DNA of 57,219 bases, filler included, from Porpidia crustulata (GCA_964255105.1; 4 parts of 4 records of this genome joined end to end with filler, not necessarily neighbours in it); one strand, 5' to 3'. Positions 24,401 to 37,719 are shown, numbered from the whole stretch's first letter. The notes: generated by a model from the letters alone, not told the origin. Translations and numbers: made by a program.

Positions 24401-25452
24401 AGGCCCTTTCCTCGAAGCCAGTATCCATTCCCGATGTCTTCGACATGGAAATCGATAGCGATGATGACTCACGCTTCTACAACACATGTCTTGACGAGAT
24501 TGATAGGTACCGGCGTATTGACGAATGGATCCCTTCATACCATAACATACTCTCCTCGACAGCTCTGGCCTGCAAACAATGCCTAATCAAAGCCGGAATT
24601 GCCGAGTTTCACCCCATTGACTTTCTCCAGTACACCCGCGATGGTATCTTCTCGAACCTCCGTCTCAATGCATTCACCAATCTTATGACCCTTGGCGCTT
24701 TCAAGATTAACCCTATCCTCCGCTGGTTTCTCTTCGTGCTCGGCACTGATCCAGATCCCTACGTCCGCGAGCACATGCTTCGCATCTTCGGTACGGTCCT
24801 CGGCGCCATCGCTATCGGTGAGGACTCCGAACCGGCAACAACATTAATGCAACAAGATGGCCTCATTATTGAGCAAGAATCCTCCACCGAAGCCCGCCAG
24901 GCCGACCTCGCGAGGAAACAAACCATTGTCGGAGCCCTCGCGGCCCTAAAAGCAGAAGTCGGCGCTAATTCCGTCCTCAAAGCAGCGTTGTGGAGCGCCA
25001 TCACTTCACCCATACTCAGCTTGCGCGAGATGGGCGAGCTCTTAGGTATCTGCGGATTTATCTACACCCCGGAATCTAGTATGGTTGTGACATTGAAATA
25101 CCCTCGATATTGGAAATGTGTTCGCACAGGCAAAGCCACGCTTGTCTTCACACAATCCTCACGTATCCGTACAACGCCCATTCCTGAACGCATACCTCGA
25201 ATAGTTCCTACTCAGGCGGCGTTCAAGCGTCAGGACAGCATGAGCAGTGTCCCCAATAGTGGCGGTGGTAGTGGTATACCGGCGGCGAGACCTTTCCTTA
25301 AGCCCCCAAAGAAACCCTCGGTGGTCTTCAAAGGGTCTGAGCCTGGGCAAATGGAAGGGATCGAGATGGCGGTGCCGGTGGCGAAGCCAAAGCTGACCCT
25401 AAAGTTGAGCCTAAAAGGGGCTGGGGCGAGGACTTCCGACTGGGGCCGGTAG
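21408..25452 (+). CDS. TAF2: TFIID subunit 2 (M1-aminopeptidase-like fold), 5 exons
   Basis: HQKVDLDID, LNCRQ, FPCLD, FAIGPFE, QWMGINIVP, LKAPLVLFILDRRL, QWVYGAGCP, RIHEADGTPYEH, EWIRMDADFEW, QDRDVVAQLE and NDNSNN motifs across ORFs joined by GT-AG introns. Confidence 0.95.
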
Positions 25453-25942
25453 ACGGTGCTGGGGGGCAGGATTTGCGACATAATAAGCCGGGGTGGATGA
25501 AGGACCTGGGTCCTTTTGTATGATAGAGCAAGGTGTTCCGGTGACGGAATTATTCTGTAGATTAGGTTTCGTTTTGCATTGTTGACGCGATGGCCAGTCA
25601 TTCAAAATGATTTACCGCTATTAAACGTATCAACTTGTAGAGATCTGGATCAGACTATAATTCAACAGAATACCCTTTCACAAGTGATCCACAGTTCATA
25701 ATTATCTTAGAAGATCCTCGCACATTGTCTTTTAGTCTGTTTCTCGTAAAGTCGACCTCTCTACATAGTATGTTACTAAACCACGTTTGGCTTAAACAAG
25801 GCTACTAGCCTCTTTCCAAGCGAAACGAAACTAGTGAAAAATAATTTGTTAGACCGCCGTGCCCAATCCTCGACCAGCAATAAATCCGAGTCAAATTCCT
25901 CCTCACAACAATCATTAGTGCCTCATTCCCTATCAATCCAGA

Positions 25943-28070
25943 ATGGCTGATGAAATATACGAAGGGGCGATCGGTATCGATCTTGGTAAGGAAGGCCCGA
26001 CTTCGAACATTTGCGCTGAAGCTGACACCAGATTGCAGGTACCACATATTCATGCGTCGCCAATTATGAAGGAACAAACGTCGAGATCAGTATGTGTAGC
26101 GCGGGCACAAATCTTGTGGGCTTATTGGGGCTCGCTCACTGATATCCGCATCTTGCAGTCGCCAATGAGCAGGGAAGCTTCACAACACCCTCATTCGTCT
26201 CCTTCACGGATGAGGAACGCTTAATTGGAGAGGCTGCGAAAAACCAGGCTGCTATGAACCCCGCAAATACCATCTTTGATATCAAGTAAGTACCGCACGT
26301 CCAGGTCAACGTCCATCGGGGTCACGTGAGCAGGTCTGATGTCTTCTCAGGCGACTTATTGGAAGAAGATTTGACGACCCAACGGTCAAGAAGGATATTG
26401 AGTCGTGGCCATTCAAGGTTGTTGATCAGGGCGGAAACCCAATGGTTCAGGTGGAATATCTCAAAGAGACTAAAACATTCTCCCCACAAGAAATTTCGTC
26501 AATGGTCCTGATGAAGGTATGAAATACGTTATTAAGTTGGCAATGCACTGCTGAAGTCGCCGTAGATGAAAGAAGTTGCAGAAGTAAAGCTTGGAAAGAA
26601 GGTGAAGAAGGCTGTCATTACGGTACCAGCGTACTTCAACGACAACCAGCGTCAAGCGACTAAAGACGCAGGCGCTATTGCAGACCTGCAAGTGCTTCGT
26701 ATCATCAATGAACCTACAGCTGCGGCAATCGCCTATGGTCTCGGATCTGGAAAATCTGAGAAAGAGAGAAACGTTCTGATTTACGATCTCGGTGGAGGTA
26801 CCTTTGATGTTTCACTTTTACATATCCAAGGGGGTGTCTTTACAGTTAAGGCAACGGCTGGTGATACCCATCTCGGTGGTCAGGATTTTGACACGAATCT
26901 ACTTGACCACTTCAAGAAAGAATTCCAGCGCAAAACAAAAAAGGACCTTTCAGGAGACGCACGTGCACTACGCCGCCTGCGGACAGCGTGCGAGCGTGCT
27001 AAGCGGACTCTGTCCAATGGTACTCAAACTACCGTCGAGATTGATTCTCTCTTTGATGGTGAGGACTTCAATGCTCAAATCACGCGAGCCCGTTTCGAGG
27101 ATCTAAACGCAAAGGCGTTCAATGGAACCATTGATCCCGTTCAACAAGTTCTAAAAGATGCTGCCTTGGACAAGAGCAAGGTTGATGAAATCGTCCTAGT
27201 TGGTGGTTCCACACGTATTCCTAGGATACAGAAGCTTCTCAGCGACTTTTTTGACGGCAAGAAGCTCGAGAAGAGCATCAATCCTGACGAGGCTGTCGCC
27301 TACGGTGCTGCTGTTCAAGCCGGGATCCTTTCTGGCAAAGCCACGTCGGCTGACACTGCTGACCTTTTACTTCTCGACGTCGTTCCACTTTCTCTCGGCG
27401 TTGCAATGGAGGGCAATATCTTCGCTCCCGTGGTTCCTCGTGGTCAAACAGTTCCCACCATCAAGAAACGAACCTTTACCACTGTTGCCGACAACCAACA
27501 GACCGTACAATTCCCAGTCTTCCAGGGTGAGCGCGTCAATTGCGAAGACAATACTTCTTTAGGAGAATTCACCTTGGCACCTATCCCTCCAATGAAGGCT
27601 GGTGATGCTGTTCTAGAAGTTGTCTTTGAAGTCGACGTGAACGGTATTCTCAAGGTCACCGCTACAGAGAAGACCTCTGGTCGAAGTGCAAACATTACCA
27701 TCTCCAATTCCGTGGGCAAGCTGTCGTCAACAGAGATTGAGAATATGATTGAAGGTTGGTTTTCTGCCTAAGATCTTTGAGACAAAAGCTAACTTCACCA
27801 GACGCCGCAAAATTCAAGAACAGTGACGATGCTTTCAGCAAGAAATTCGAAGCTAGGCAACAGCTAGAATCGTACATCTCACGAGTCGAGGAAATCGTTT
27901 CAGATCCGACAATGTCGCTCAAGCTTAAGCGTGGCACGAAGGAAAAGATCGAAACCGCCCTGAGCGATGCCATGGCCCAGTTGGAGGTAGAGGATTCGGC
28001 CTCGGATGACCTGAAGAAGAAGGAGTTGGCACTGAAGCGATTGGTAACCAAAGCCATGGCCACTCGGTAG
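25943..28070 (+). CDS. SSB1: Ribosome-associated Hsp70 chaperone Ssb (multi-exon)
   Basis: [36 protein letters not shown] and VGGSTRIP; Ssb-type C-terminus [11 protein letters not shown] with no EEVD. Confidence 0.97.
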
Positions 28071-28453
28071 GCGTATTCTGATCTAAATGAGCCTGGTTGT
28101 TCACGGTTTGTTCATGATATCCATGATCTGGTCCAGCGAGTTCTTTCAAGACTACGCCAAAAGTTCGTGTTGGCAAGATCTATGGGAATTTTATGTGCTA
28201 TTTGTAACATTTGCAAATCTGGGATCTCGACGCGGGAGATGCAATTTGCACGTTTAGGAGGTGTTGGGATTAGTAGATTGAATATGAACATAGATTTCTA
28301 CCTCTGTACAGTGGTGATACAATGACACGATGGGTTCCTCAAGGGGTAAATACAATACCTGTCTATTAAAGCAGCTGGAGCAGCTAGCAAGCTGATCCTT
28401 GTAACGTGACTGCGGCTCTCAACTTTTTCCAAACATCATAAATTTTTCTTACA

Positions 28454-28602
28454 ATGTCTCCCAAACTACCCTCTGCCATTACGAGCAGTCTCGCGCGGTG
28501 TTCAATCCAACCTCCCGCAAGCAATCGCTCCCTCCAGACCTGTCAAATCTGCCTGTTCGCGCCTGTTCCCCGCGCCCTCGCCTCCCCCAATCCCTTCCAA
28601 AC
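28454..28602 (+). CDS. N-terminal fragment of a probable mitochondrial protein, truncated by gap
   Basis: ATG in ACAATG context; Ser/Arg/Pro-rich, acid-free presequence-like frame open into the N run. Confidence 0.4.
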
Positions 28603-28702
28603 NNNNNNNNNNNNNNNNNNNNNNNNNNNNNNNNNNNNNNNNNNNNTTAATTAATTAANNNNNNNNNNNNNNNNNNNNNNNNNNNNNNNNNNNNNNNNNN
28701 NN
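28603..28702. other. Artificial contig spacer
   Basis: N44-TTAATTAATTAA-N44. Confidence 0.98.
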
Positions 28703-30102
28703 GGGTATAATTTTGCATGGCATCTTTATCCGTTTTCCTTTCCCGATTTTCTTTCTAATAATCATCGCATGTAAACCCCTCCTTGACGGAGTCTCAGTCA
28801 CACACACACCCTAATTGCAGCTTTATAAATTGATAATGAATGAAGATCCTGAGAATCGTTATTTCCCTTTTTAACCGGGGGTTTCTTGACGGGAAGGGGG
28901 TGATTCAACAGCCAAGTCATGGTGCTTCTGATCCCCCTTCTCGGATTCTTCTTCCGAGGCTTGCGTCTTGCTTTTTTTTGGCTCTCTCTCTCTTGTTGCT
29001 AGCTAGCTACATTGTGCTTCTAATCACCCAGGGGGCCCAAACCGCTTGCTGATCGATATTTTGGGAAATTGGGAATTTGAAAAGTTTCGATTGGACTGGA
29101 GGGGCGTTTTACGAGGGTTGGAATACTCTCAGGCATTCATTCAGATAAATCATTACTTTACGAGAGAATAAAAGCACATGAATTGATCGCTATGTATTTT
29201 AACGTATCAGTTCGATCTTCGAATCAAAAAGTTCTGGCAATGGATGATTGCGGACTTTCACCATTACGTGGGTTGTTCCAAGGCGGTTGTTTGGATTTTG
29301 AGGTGGAAAGTCGTGAGTGAGATTGGGGGTTCAAAATGAGTCTTGGCTGATTTAGTAATCTGCTTTGACAAAAAGATCTCTTGGATGGGTTCGATGAAAA
29401 TGTCTTCATGGTTCTCTGAATTGTATTTGCGTGATTTCGATCAGACAGATGAACGGATCTCAGTGACATTCGGAACGTAGTTATAGCGACCGAGATTGTG
29501 CGAGTGCGAAGACTCTTCAGGAAGATTGTCGGTGAAGGCGGTTCATCAATTTGCCGGCGGACCAGGTACGGAATTGATTGATATTTGATGTTGTTATCCA
29601 GGAAGTTAGGTATCTAGGGGGTGGGAAAAGGAAAAAATAGGAAATTTTCCACTAGCGTGCCCAGCCCCCCATGTGGCGGAGATTGCCAATAAATAAACCC
29701 TTCAAATGCTAGCACAATTGCACCGGAAATTTGAGAAAGAGCTGATGTGTTTCCCTTCGAAGAAACACGTAAATTGTACACATGAGATTGCAACCCTTGA
29801 ATGATATTATTGTCTTTCTTCGCGAAGCTCGTGGTACCCCGGTTCTGATAGGCACACAGTATCCAACTGCATGCAAGGGGGCTGGGCCTGACGTCGCGAC
29901 AGGTGCGGGTCATACACAAACGTTCGAAGATTTCCAATCGGCACGAGACGTCCGTCTTCGATGCGATAGCTCCTTTCGCCTCGAAAACGTCTTCCTCCAC
30001 GAGTAAGTCAAACAGAATTTCTCTAAGAGTCATCTCAAGTCCGCAACGTTCGAGCATCGGGTAAAGAGCAAGCAAGAGCGTGTCGGCCCTGGCTCGTCGA
30101 CC

Positions 30103-32534
30103 TCACTGATTCCCGACGGGAACATCAGCAGTGGCGGGGTTTGATAGGGGCAATCCACTGTTCGAACAGGAAGGCCTTTGACGCTTGCGTACGGGTGGAT
30201 CCAGAGCCTGCATGTCTTCGAGTTCGTCTGATTCGATCTCGCCCGCTCCTCGTTTCTTTGCCGTGGTTGCCAGCCGGTACGAGACGACTGGCTGATGAGG
30301 TAGCCTTGATATTGTTTGCTCACTTGCTATTGACTGGGCTAAAGGTGCCCCTGTTGAATCTAGCTTGGCGGTCTGAAATTTTCGCTGAAACCTCTCGCCG
30401 ATTGTCGATTGGGTAACGCTCGTACGCCTTGAGCTTTTGACGCTTTTCGGATTGGGCAGTCCGTACGAGTGGAAATCCACTTCACACCTTGCAAGATATA
30501 GTTCAAGGTTGTCTAAATTCTGGACCAGCGTTGAAGCGGCAGCATTGATCATTTTAGAGAGATCATCCGTCGCGTATTTAAGAATCTTTTTAATCACCTT
30601 CAAGACCCTTTTCCGGGAGAATTCGTGCTCACCAATCCTTTGGAATTCTCGAAATTCGAACTTCAGGCGGTAACCAGGTTGGTCTGGCATGACAAGCTCC
30701 CACATGCTCGCGTCATCCGGCTTCCTAACAGCTCGATGGATGCGAACGATAATTCCCTTTCTATTGGCCACGACTGAGAAGAATCTGACTTTATCATAAA
30801 AGATCTGTTCATGCTCAGGGCCTGCGTCTCGGAAGAACTCGAACATGTTGTGTAAAGCTTGGCTTGCGTTATTTAGACATTGATGCAATGCCTGCGGCGG
30901 ATCGAGGTCAAACATTCCTTTCTTAGCTTCTACGACGAGGAAGTGAAAGATCCTTGACCCACTTGAGGAGCTGTTTTCGAAGCAAGCAAGCCCTTTTGTT
31001 GGGTTGGGTAGTGTCGTCCACATTCTGTCCGATATCACAGCTTCTCGTTTAAAGCACACTGCAAAATCAGGCTTTGGTTGAGTCAGAAGTTTTGCTCCAG
31101 ACTTTTGACCTTTAGCAAAATTCCAGAGAAGTCGACTTGGCATTGGCAGACAGCCCCAAGGTTCTTCCACACTAAAATCAAAAATCTGCTCTTTGCTACC
31201 ATCGAATTGATAAATCAACAGATGTAGTGGAATGAGATTGATCATAAGAGTCCGCTGATACAGGGCCTCACTCGAATTAGGGGTACATTTGGCTTTATCT
31301 GACTTCCATAGCTCTTCTTGAGATGTTTCTTGCTCTTGTGTTTCCTGCAGATATCCCTCCAGAGAAATGGATTGAATCTCCTCCTCACGTGGATCTAAAT
31401 GAGTACTTGGATCAGATAGGACATTTCTCTTGTGGAGGCCAGACAAAAATAGCTGATTTTCAGGACCTATTCCGACCATAGTCTCGGCCCGGGCTGGGTT
31501 TTTAATAATGGCCTCTATGATGCGTGTAGTCTCTTCGTCCAAGGGAGGCACGTAACCCCACTTGCGGTTAAACCGTTCCTGTGAATTAATGTCACTTTCT
31601 TGAGAAGATTCGTCCTCTGACTCTTCGTCAGAATATCCTCCGGCAATCTTTTTAGCAGAGCTGTTACGTTTGAGCGCGTCTATTGATTTAATTCCTCGAG
31701 CCAATTCTTCGAGGGCCTCTTTAGTCAGTTGCTGGCGGGAATCTGAGGCGCAGTGATCTTCTTGAATAGGTTCAACTTGAGGCTCAGTCGCATTTAGCGT
31801 TTCGGCGTTATCTATGGGAGCAGGGATCAGTCTTGAAATAGATTTGGATGAGAATTGATATTGGGTACCGTGTTCAATAGCTGCAGTTTTTCGAGGCTCG
31901 TCAATCTTCCCGGTCTGGCGCTCTGTACGATGATTAGAGGCACTACGTTGGAGGTCTCGTCCTGCACGTTGTTTAGATTTAGCAGAAATCTTTGATCCAC
32001 GACCGGGTCGAATGTGGCGCGAAGAACTAGAAGGTGATATTGGACCAGCGCGCTTGAGTCTTTTGCTGGTTCGGCGGTTGGACTGAACGACTGCTTTCGC
32101 TTTGTCTTTCGATTTTTGAGATGATTTGGCGGCAGCTTTGGACGTGACAGTTGCCTTGGCGGTTGAACGAAGATTTGTGGTGTTCCTTACGTTGACGTCC
32201 TTGTTGGTCGTGATATGGTTGTCAGTAGTTAATTTTTCATATTTTTTGGAGATTGGATGTTCTTTTGTAGCAGCAGTCTCTGAAGAGCGGTGGTTTCTGG
32301 GAGACCGGCGAGGCTTCGTTGTCGTAGTCAAATTAGGATCAAGCTAAAGATCGTCAGGCCATATGCTACAAGCTATTTGCTTTGTAATATGTGAAGCAAT
32401 CGGCGTGACGCTAGCGCAAGATTAGAGCGCAAACTTACGTTCTTGCTTTTACTTATTGATGTTGTCTTAGCGTCTTTGCGAGCTTCCGCAACATTTGACT
32501 TAGTAGCTGTCCTGCCGGACTTGCCTCGAGGCAT
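30103..32534 (-). CDS. Accessory protein with a long basic disordered N-terminus and a C-terminal PD-(D/E)xK restriction-endonuclease-like domain
   Basis: Exon 1 MPRGKSGRTATK...SKN (32534-32439), intron 32438-32344 (GTAAGT...CTGAC...TAG), in frame with the 742 aa ORF. Motifs LTQPKPDFAVCF, FHFLVVEAKK, QCLNNASQALHNM and RFFSVVA. Confidence 0.7.
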
Positions 32535-32582
32535 TGGGAGGGATTAGAATACCGATACGAAGTGGAGAAGGCTTTAGGATCA

Positions 32583-32662
32583 AGAGAGAAAGAACGAGAA
32601 AGAGAAAGAGAAAGACAGAGAGAAAGACAAAGAGAAAGAGAAAGAGAAAGAGAAAGAGAAAG
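32583..32662. repeat. (GAGAAA)n-like microsatellite just upstream of the nuclease-like gene
   Basis: Imperfect tandem GAGAAA/GACAAA units; CT-rich on that gene's coding strand. Confidence 0.85.
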
Positions 32663-35447
32663 GGTACATGGATGTGGGAGGAATGTTTGAATGTTTACAG
32701 CCGTGACACATAAATAGTGCGAATGCAGGGATAGGGCGCTTACGTGCAGTCAGTGGATATATGCGTTCTAAGGTCCACTGTGTCTCATTCCTTTGTCATT
32801 TATTATTGAGGTGCGGGACTGGCAAAGATTCCGGCAGAGGGGAAAAGAAAACCTATTGGGAGCGGCGCGTAGCAACTCCTTCCGATCGCTGGGTAAAGTG
32901 AACACTACTAGCCATTCCGCCGCTTTTTCGAAGTCTCCGGGCAGAATTATGTCGATGATTTGCGAAAGCGATGGCCTTAACGCCCACTTCTTCGTCGAGG
33001 AGGTAGGTCGATAACGCGTTCGCGGTAAACCGTCCTTCTCATCTAGGTCTGACCCCATCAACGCAGTGGATTTTGGCCTACTTCTCCAATTCGTCATCAC
33101 CTTCGTCATCGCTCCCCGAATCTTCTACCTCCCCCCTCGTAAGACCTTTAGAGTCACTTTCACAATCGTGCCGAATCGAATGCGCAGAAGAAATTGCAAC
33201 GTTGAGAGGGTGTAGATGAAATCCCCCTTGATCCTATTGTTCCAGTAAACCACGCCTCTCGGATCTCAAGATGGATTAATAAGGTGCGTAAATCGGCCCT
33301 GAGGGTCGAAAGGGCCTTTGAGGTACTCAGTGCTGTTAGAGTAGCAGCTGTAGGCGATTTCTCGAGGATGTCGGCGTAGATGGAATAGGTTACTGTGAGA
33401 TAAAAGTCGTGTCGAGCAACCAGCCAGACCAGCATGAAATTCCAAAAGCAATGTCGCACGCTAATTGGTATTGTTGGTATTTCAAGATTTTCGCAAGCCA
33501 AGTTTGCTATGGATGCTAGTAGAGCAGATAGCAAGAGGATATGACATACGGCAGGAAACAAATCCACAACGTCTGTCTAAAACAAAATCATGTTGCCGAC
33601 TTCGGTCTGAGGGCAGACGTAACTCGCGAAATTGACACGCACGTGATAATATAATTCATAAACTTTTGCCAAGGGTCTTTTCTCCACTTGTCAATGTCGG
33701 CGACGAGAATTTGCTGTAGCTAGAAGGCGAATTGAATTAGGTAATACCATTTCGCAGAGTCTTCTAATTCTCTGGCGGGCTAGTCAGTCCACCGCTCACG
33801 CTGAGTGGACCAATGCTCGTAGGTATAGATAATATATTGATTGATGTTGATGGCTGTGATTTGCGCACAGAGAGGAGGTTCAACGTATCATGCCAAGAGA
33901 CCACATGAATGGGTCATATACCAAGATCCAGGATTGTTCCGCGGCGTGTATCCTGTCCTTCTTCGCTACGCCCGAGGCCTAAGCGAGGGGTACCAGGACG
34001 TAGTCCATTGCCGCAGCCCTCAGACGTGTGAAGGCAATGGTGACTGTGGGCCACGATGCAGAAACCATCTCAGTCGATTGCGTATTTTGTTGTTTGGGGA
34101 TTGTAGTACGAGAGCAAGGGATATTTGCGGGCGCTGTGTAATAAGAAAACTGACCGCGAGATCTAGAGACGATTGTCAGTAGCGCGTTGTGAATATCTGT
34201 AATATCAAGTCTTACCAAAAAATAATGGAGGAACATGAACTGGCCAAAAACGGCGATGAATTCATCTTTGATAGTATCTTTTACTTTTGAGCTTCGTCCG
34301 GGGCTGACACAGGTTTGCGCCTGTAATCTAGACCATCTCAAGTCATCACGAGTAAGCCGGCTCTCTCCGAATCTTGAAGGTCGGTATGCACTTCATTTGG
34401 TAGACATAAATGAAGGCTTCGGCCGATTGTCAACTGGCATGTGACGTATTATGAGTGCCATTGTTCCTCAGTCGACCGTCCTGCCCAATTTTTGAACCTC
34501 TGAGCCTAGGAAAAGATTTGGCATGCATTGGCATAATCAATTGAGATCATTGTAAGAACTAACGGCTGGTATTCCTTGTGCTGCATTCCCTTCAAGAGAA
34601 TTTTGATCGTAGAATGTGTGCAAAGCGGAAGGCTAGAGGTCTTCTGCTCGCATTGAGAGGTCTCTGATGGACGAGGAATGGTATTTTGAATACGAAAAGT
34701 CGCCAAAGAGAGCGTGTGCTGAACGGGTGACTGATATCGAGCATGCGCTTTTGCGCCAGATGATGGAAGAGGGTATGTAGTCTATTTGACAGTCTGCCGC
34801 ATGGACATGAGTAATCGGAAGAGTGAGGTCGCTTTCCAGCAAGGCCATCTCCTCATTTCCAGAATCCATCGAGGAAAGCGCAGGTGTGCGACTTTGATGT
34901 GTTTGAATATCTGGAGGACGCATAAAGATGGAGAAATGGGGAGGAGTATGAGGGAGCAGCGCAGGGATGAAATGGCTTCGTCGACATCGGCTCGAGCTGC
35001 CCCGTTGTTGATCGATATATTCAGCTTCGCCTGCTGCACCTTCGGTGACGATAAACCCCAACGCTACTATCAAGACTCCCGCAAGAAGGCACCCTCGTCA
35101 TTATTTGTGAGTAAGTTCCAAACTCTGCGTAGCGCTATCAATTTAGATGTGCCCTCCATATGTCGTTACTCTAGAGCTACTAGAACAATGATATATTGCA
35201 GGATCTCCACCGAACGTTTCTGTGATGATAGCTTTGAGGAAAACCTCCAGGCTAGAGATACAAGGAGTGTTTAGGGATATTGCTGCGAGTAGCGTTCAGA
35301 AATCATTTACAATGTATATAGAGAAGAGGAGGTACGGCAGTCCATACTGGGCCTTGGCCATTCTTAATTCCGATAAATCCGCATGCTTTAGTCACATCAG
35401 AGCGACAGGACCACTATTTCTGGGATCCTTCTTTCAAGATTCAGGCG

Positions 35448-37279
35448 TTGTACAGAAAGTCAGCATTCAATGGACAATATTTCAACTCACAGCCGCAAAG
35501 CCCAGTCTACGGCAACATCCCAGATCTCTACCGCCAGCGGGTTTTACAGGACTCGGCAAGAATTTTTAAAGATGACCAAGGTAGCGTTGACTTGATATCA
35601 TGGCCCAAGAATGCCAAAGGAAGCTTGATCCTGTCTTACCCTCGCCTAGCAAGTAATAATAGCAGGCAGATTTGATTCGACTATCAGTGTTGATTCTGCA
35701 GCGTCCCTAATTTCATGTAATCAGGTACGTGGTGTCGTGACAGTGGCTCCTCATCTCAATTATGTGTGACTCATTATGCAACGCAGCGCCTGCAAAACGT
35801 GGAGAGAAACTTTCTACAGTAGGCTCTCAATTCTTAGATGTCAAGTTTTCGGTCCCAAGAAAGGCTTTCAGCATCATCAAGCAGAAATATACATGGGACA
35901 ACCTGTTTATCACCAGAGATTTATTGTTCAACCTCCTACATATGACTCGTGTTTTCTTCCCGTTTCTGGATTGTGTTCAAGCTTTTGTTTTCCGTAATAA
36001 CGACGACGATGAGGTCTGGGAGGGTTGCCATCGAGCTTGTAATTGGGACCCCAGCTCCTGAGAGCTTCAAATTGGCTATTTCAAATGCTGACTGCTTTGT
36101 GTTTAGCACAGAGATTGCCTACACGTTTCGGTATGTGGATACCAACGGTCGGACAGAAGGCTCTCCGTGGTCTATTCGGCAAACGGCCGTTTATCAGAAG
36201 ATCAACTTGAAGACTGGCTGCTCAATATGGATTCTGATCCAGCCCAACGATGCAGTATTAGAACGATTCAAGGCGTTGTGTCTTCAGTCAGTAGACGGTG
36301 CGGGTCACCCAATGGCACCGCATCTCACCTTTCTGAGCTCTGCTCGCGTCCATTGGAAGGCTTATATTGGTCAACTGCGGCTGTCTCTCCAGAAATTGGT
36401 CAGTGGCCGAACGTTAACCAAAGATTACTCTTATACGACGAGACGATACTTAAACAATAATTACTCCAGAATGAGAAGGCCTGCTTCTCCCGAGTCGGCA
36501 AAGCACAGCCAGGGGACTACAAAGTCTCTTTCTCCGATGGTCAGCAACTTCAAAAGATTTGTCATAAGCTGGGTCGATCAATGCTCATGCTCGGAGGAAT
36601 TCTAGCAATCATCAACAGCTGCAAGTCCCATTGCGCAGATGTTGAACGGGCCGATTTATGTCGTCGGGAACATACCATACGTCTTGAGTCAAGTCAGCTT
36701 ATCAACTACTTCACCTACTGTAAAATTGTTATACGTAATCTCATAGAGTCTGCAACTGGGACGGCCGGTCTTGTAAGCGGGCCGAGTTGATCTATTATTC
36801 AATCAAAACGCAGACTCAATATTATCTTAGCTCAAGCAGATTTGCGACTTCTACATGACAGACGAGCTCAGACGCAGCAGCAAAACCCTGGGGGCCAGTA
36901 TGATTGCGCTAGAAAATATCGCGGCGGCAACACGTACCGATAATGGCGATATGCTGCAATTGGCAAGGCATAATCGTGAAAATACGATCAACTTGAAGAC
37001 TTTAACACGCATTACGATTGTATACCTTCCTGCATCTCTCATCGCGGTAAAGTCTAACGTACGGATTTTATCAGACGCTTCTGTTTACTGAAATTGCTGC
37101 AGACTATATTCAGCTCCAACCTTATTAGTTCTGAGCCACTGGGTGCGGCCCACCAACCCACTCGATTTATGATTAGTCCGCAATTCTGGATCTATGTCGT
37201 AGTCACGCTTGGATGTACGGCTCTGACACTAGGTGTACCTATTATATTGGAGCGGAGGCGTGGGCGCAGATGCCCGTGA
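35448..37279 (+). pseudogene. Fungal CorA-like transmembrane protein, multi-exon, 5' end apparently degraded
   Basis: Spliced product contains YTWDNLFIT, VFFPFLDCVQAF, EIAYTFRYVDTNGR, PWSIRQTAVYQK, WILIQP, SFSDGQQL and C-terminal TMs TRITIVYLPASLIA|TIFSSN...FWIYVVVTL. No in-frame ATG before 35448; first donor reads GAAGCT (35620). Confidence 0.7.
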
Positions 37280-37450
37280 AATTGTCTTACACCGACCAAA
37301 AGAAAGTATTCCGTGAATTGTCATTGAGCTAGATTCTAAGCATTAAAATAGCAATAGAGCCGACAGTTTGAAAAACAGTAACATCAACTCAATCATAACA
37401 TATGATCCAATTCCCTGGAGGAGTCTTCTTGCTTCAGTCGCCTCCATAAC

Positions 37451-37719
37451 TTAGGCTGATCTCACTGACTGGATTTCATCCTTTCAGGTTTTTAGCAGCT
37501 AGCAGACATGGTCAATGGCAAAACTCGCCTGAGTGAGGCCTCTCGGTAGAGACAAGATATAGTGCTCTCCAGTGTCCTGCCTCTCGTCATTAGACTAGCG
37601 ACGAATCTTCATCTGATGGCGCTTGTCTCCACAAAGAAGGTCCCATTTACAAACAGCCTAGCCAGTAGGGAGAAAAGCCTCTGCTTGTCGACGTATCTTT
37701 GCTCAAGGACTTGGTCCAT
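37451..37719 (-). CDS. 56-aa spliced microprotein (3 exons); intron-1 donor is non-canonical or mutated
   Basis: Exons 37719-37627, 37576-37529 and 37480-37451 give MDQVLEQRYVDKQRLFSLLARLFVNGTFFVE-DTGEHYILSLPRGLTQ-DEIQSVRSA*. Introns of 50 and 48 nt have CTAA branch points and AG acceptors; donors are ACAAGC and GCGAGT. Confidence 0.65.

Noticed and set aside
28703..30100. Short ORFs and possible element terminus at the start of contig 3
   Set aside because: No recognisable domain, terminal inverted repeat or target-site duplication; cannot be supported
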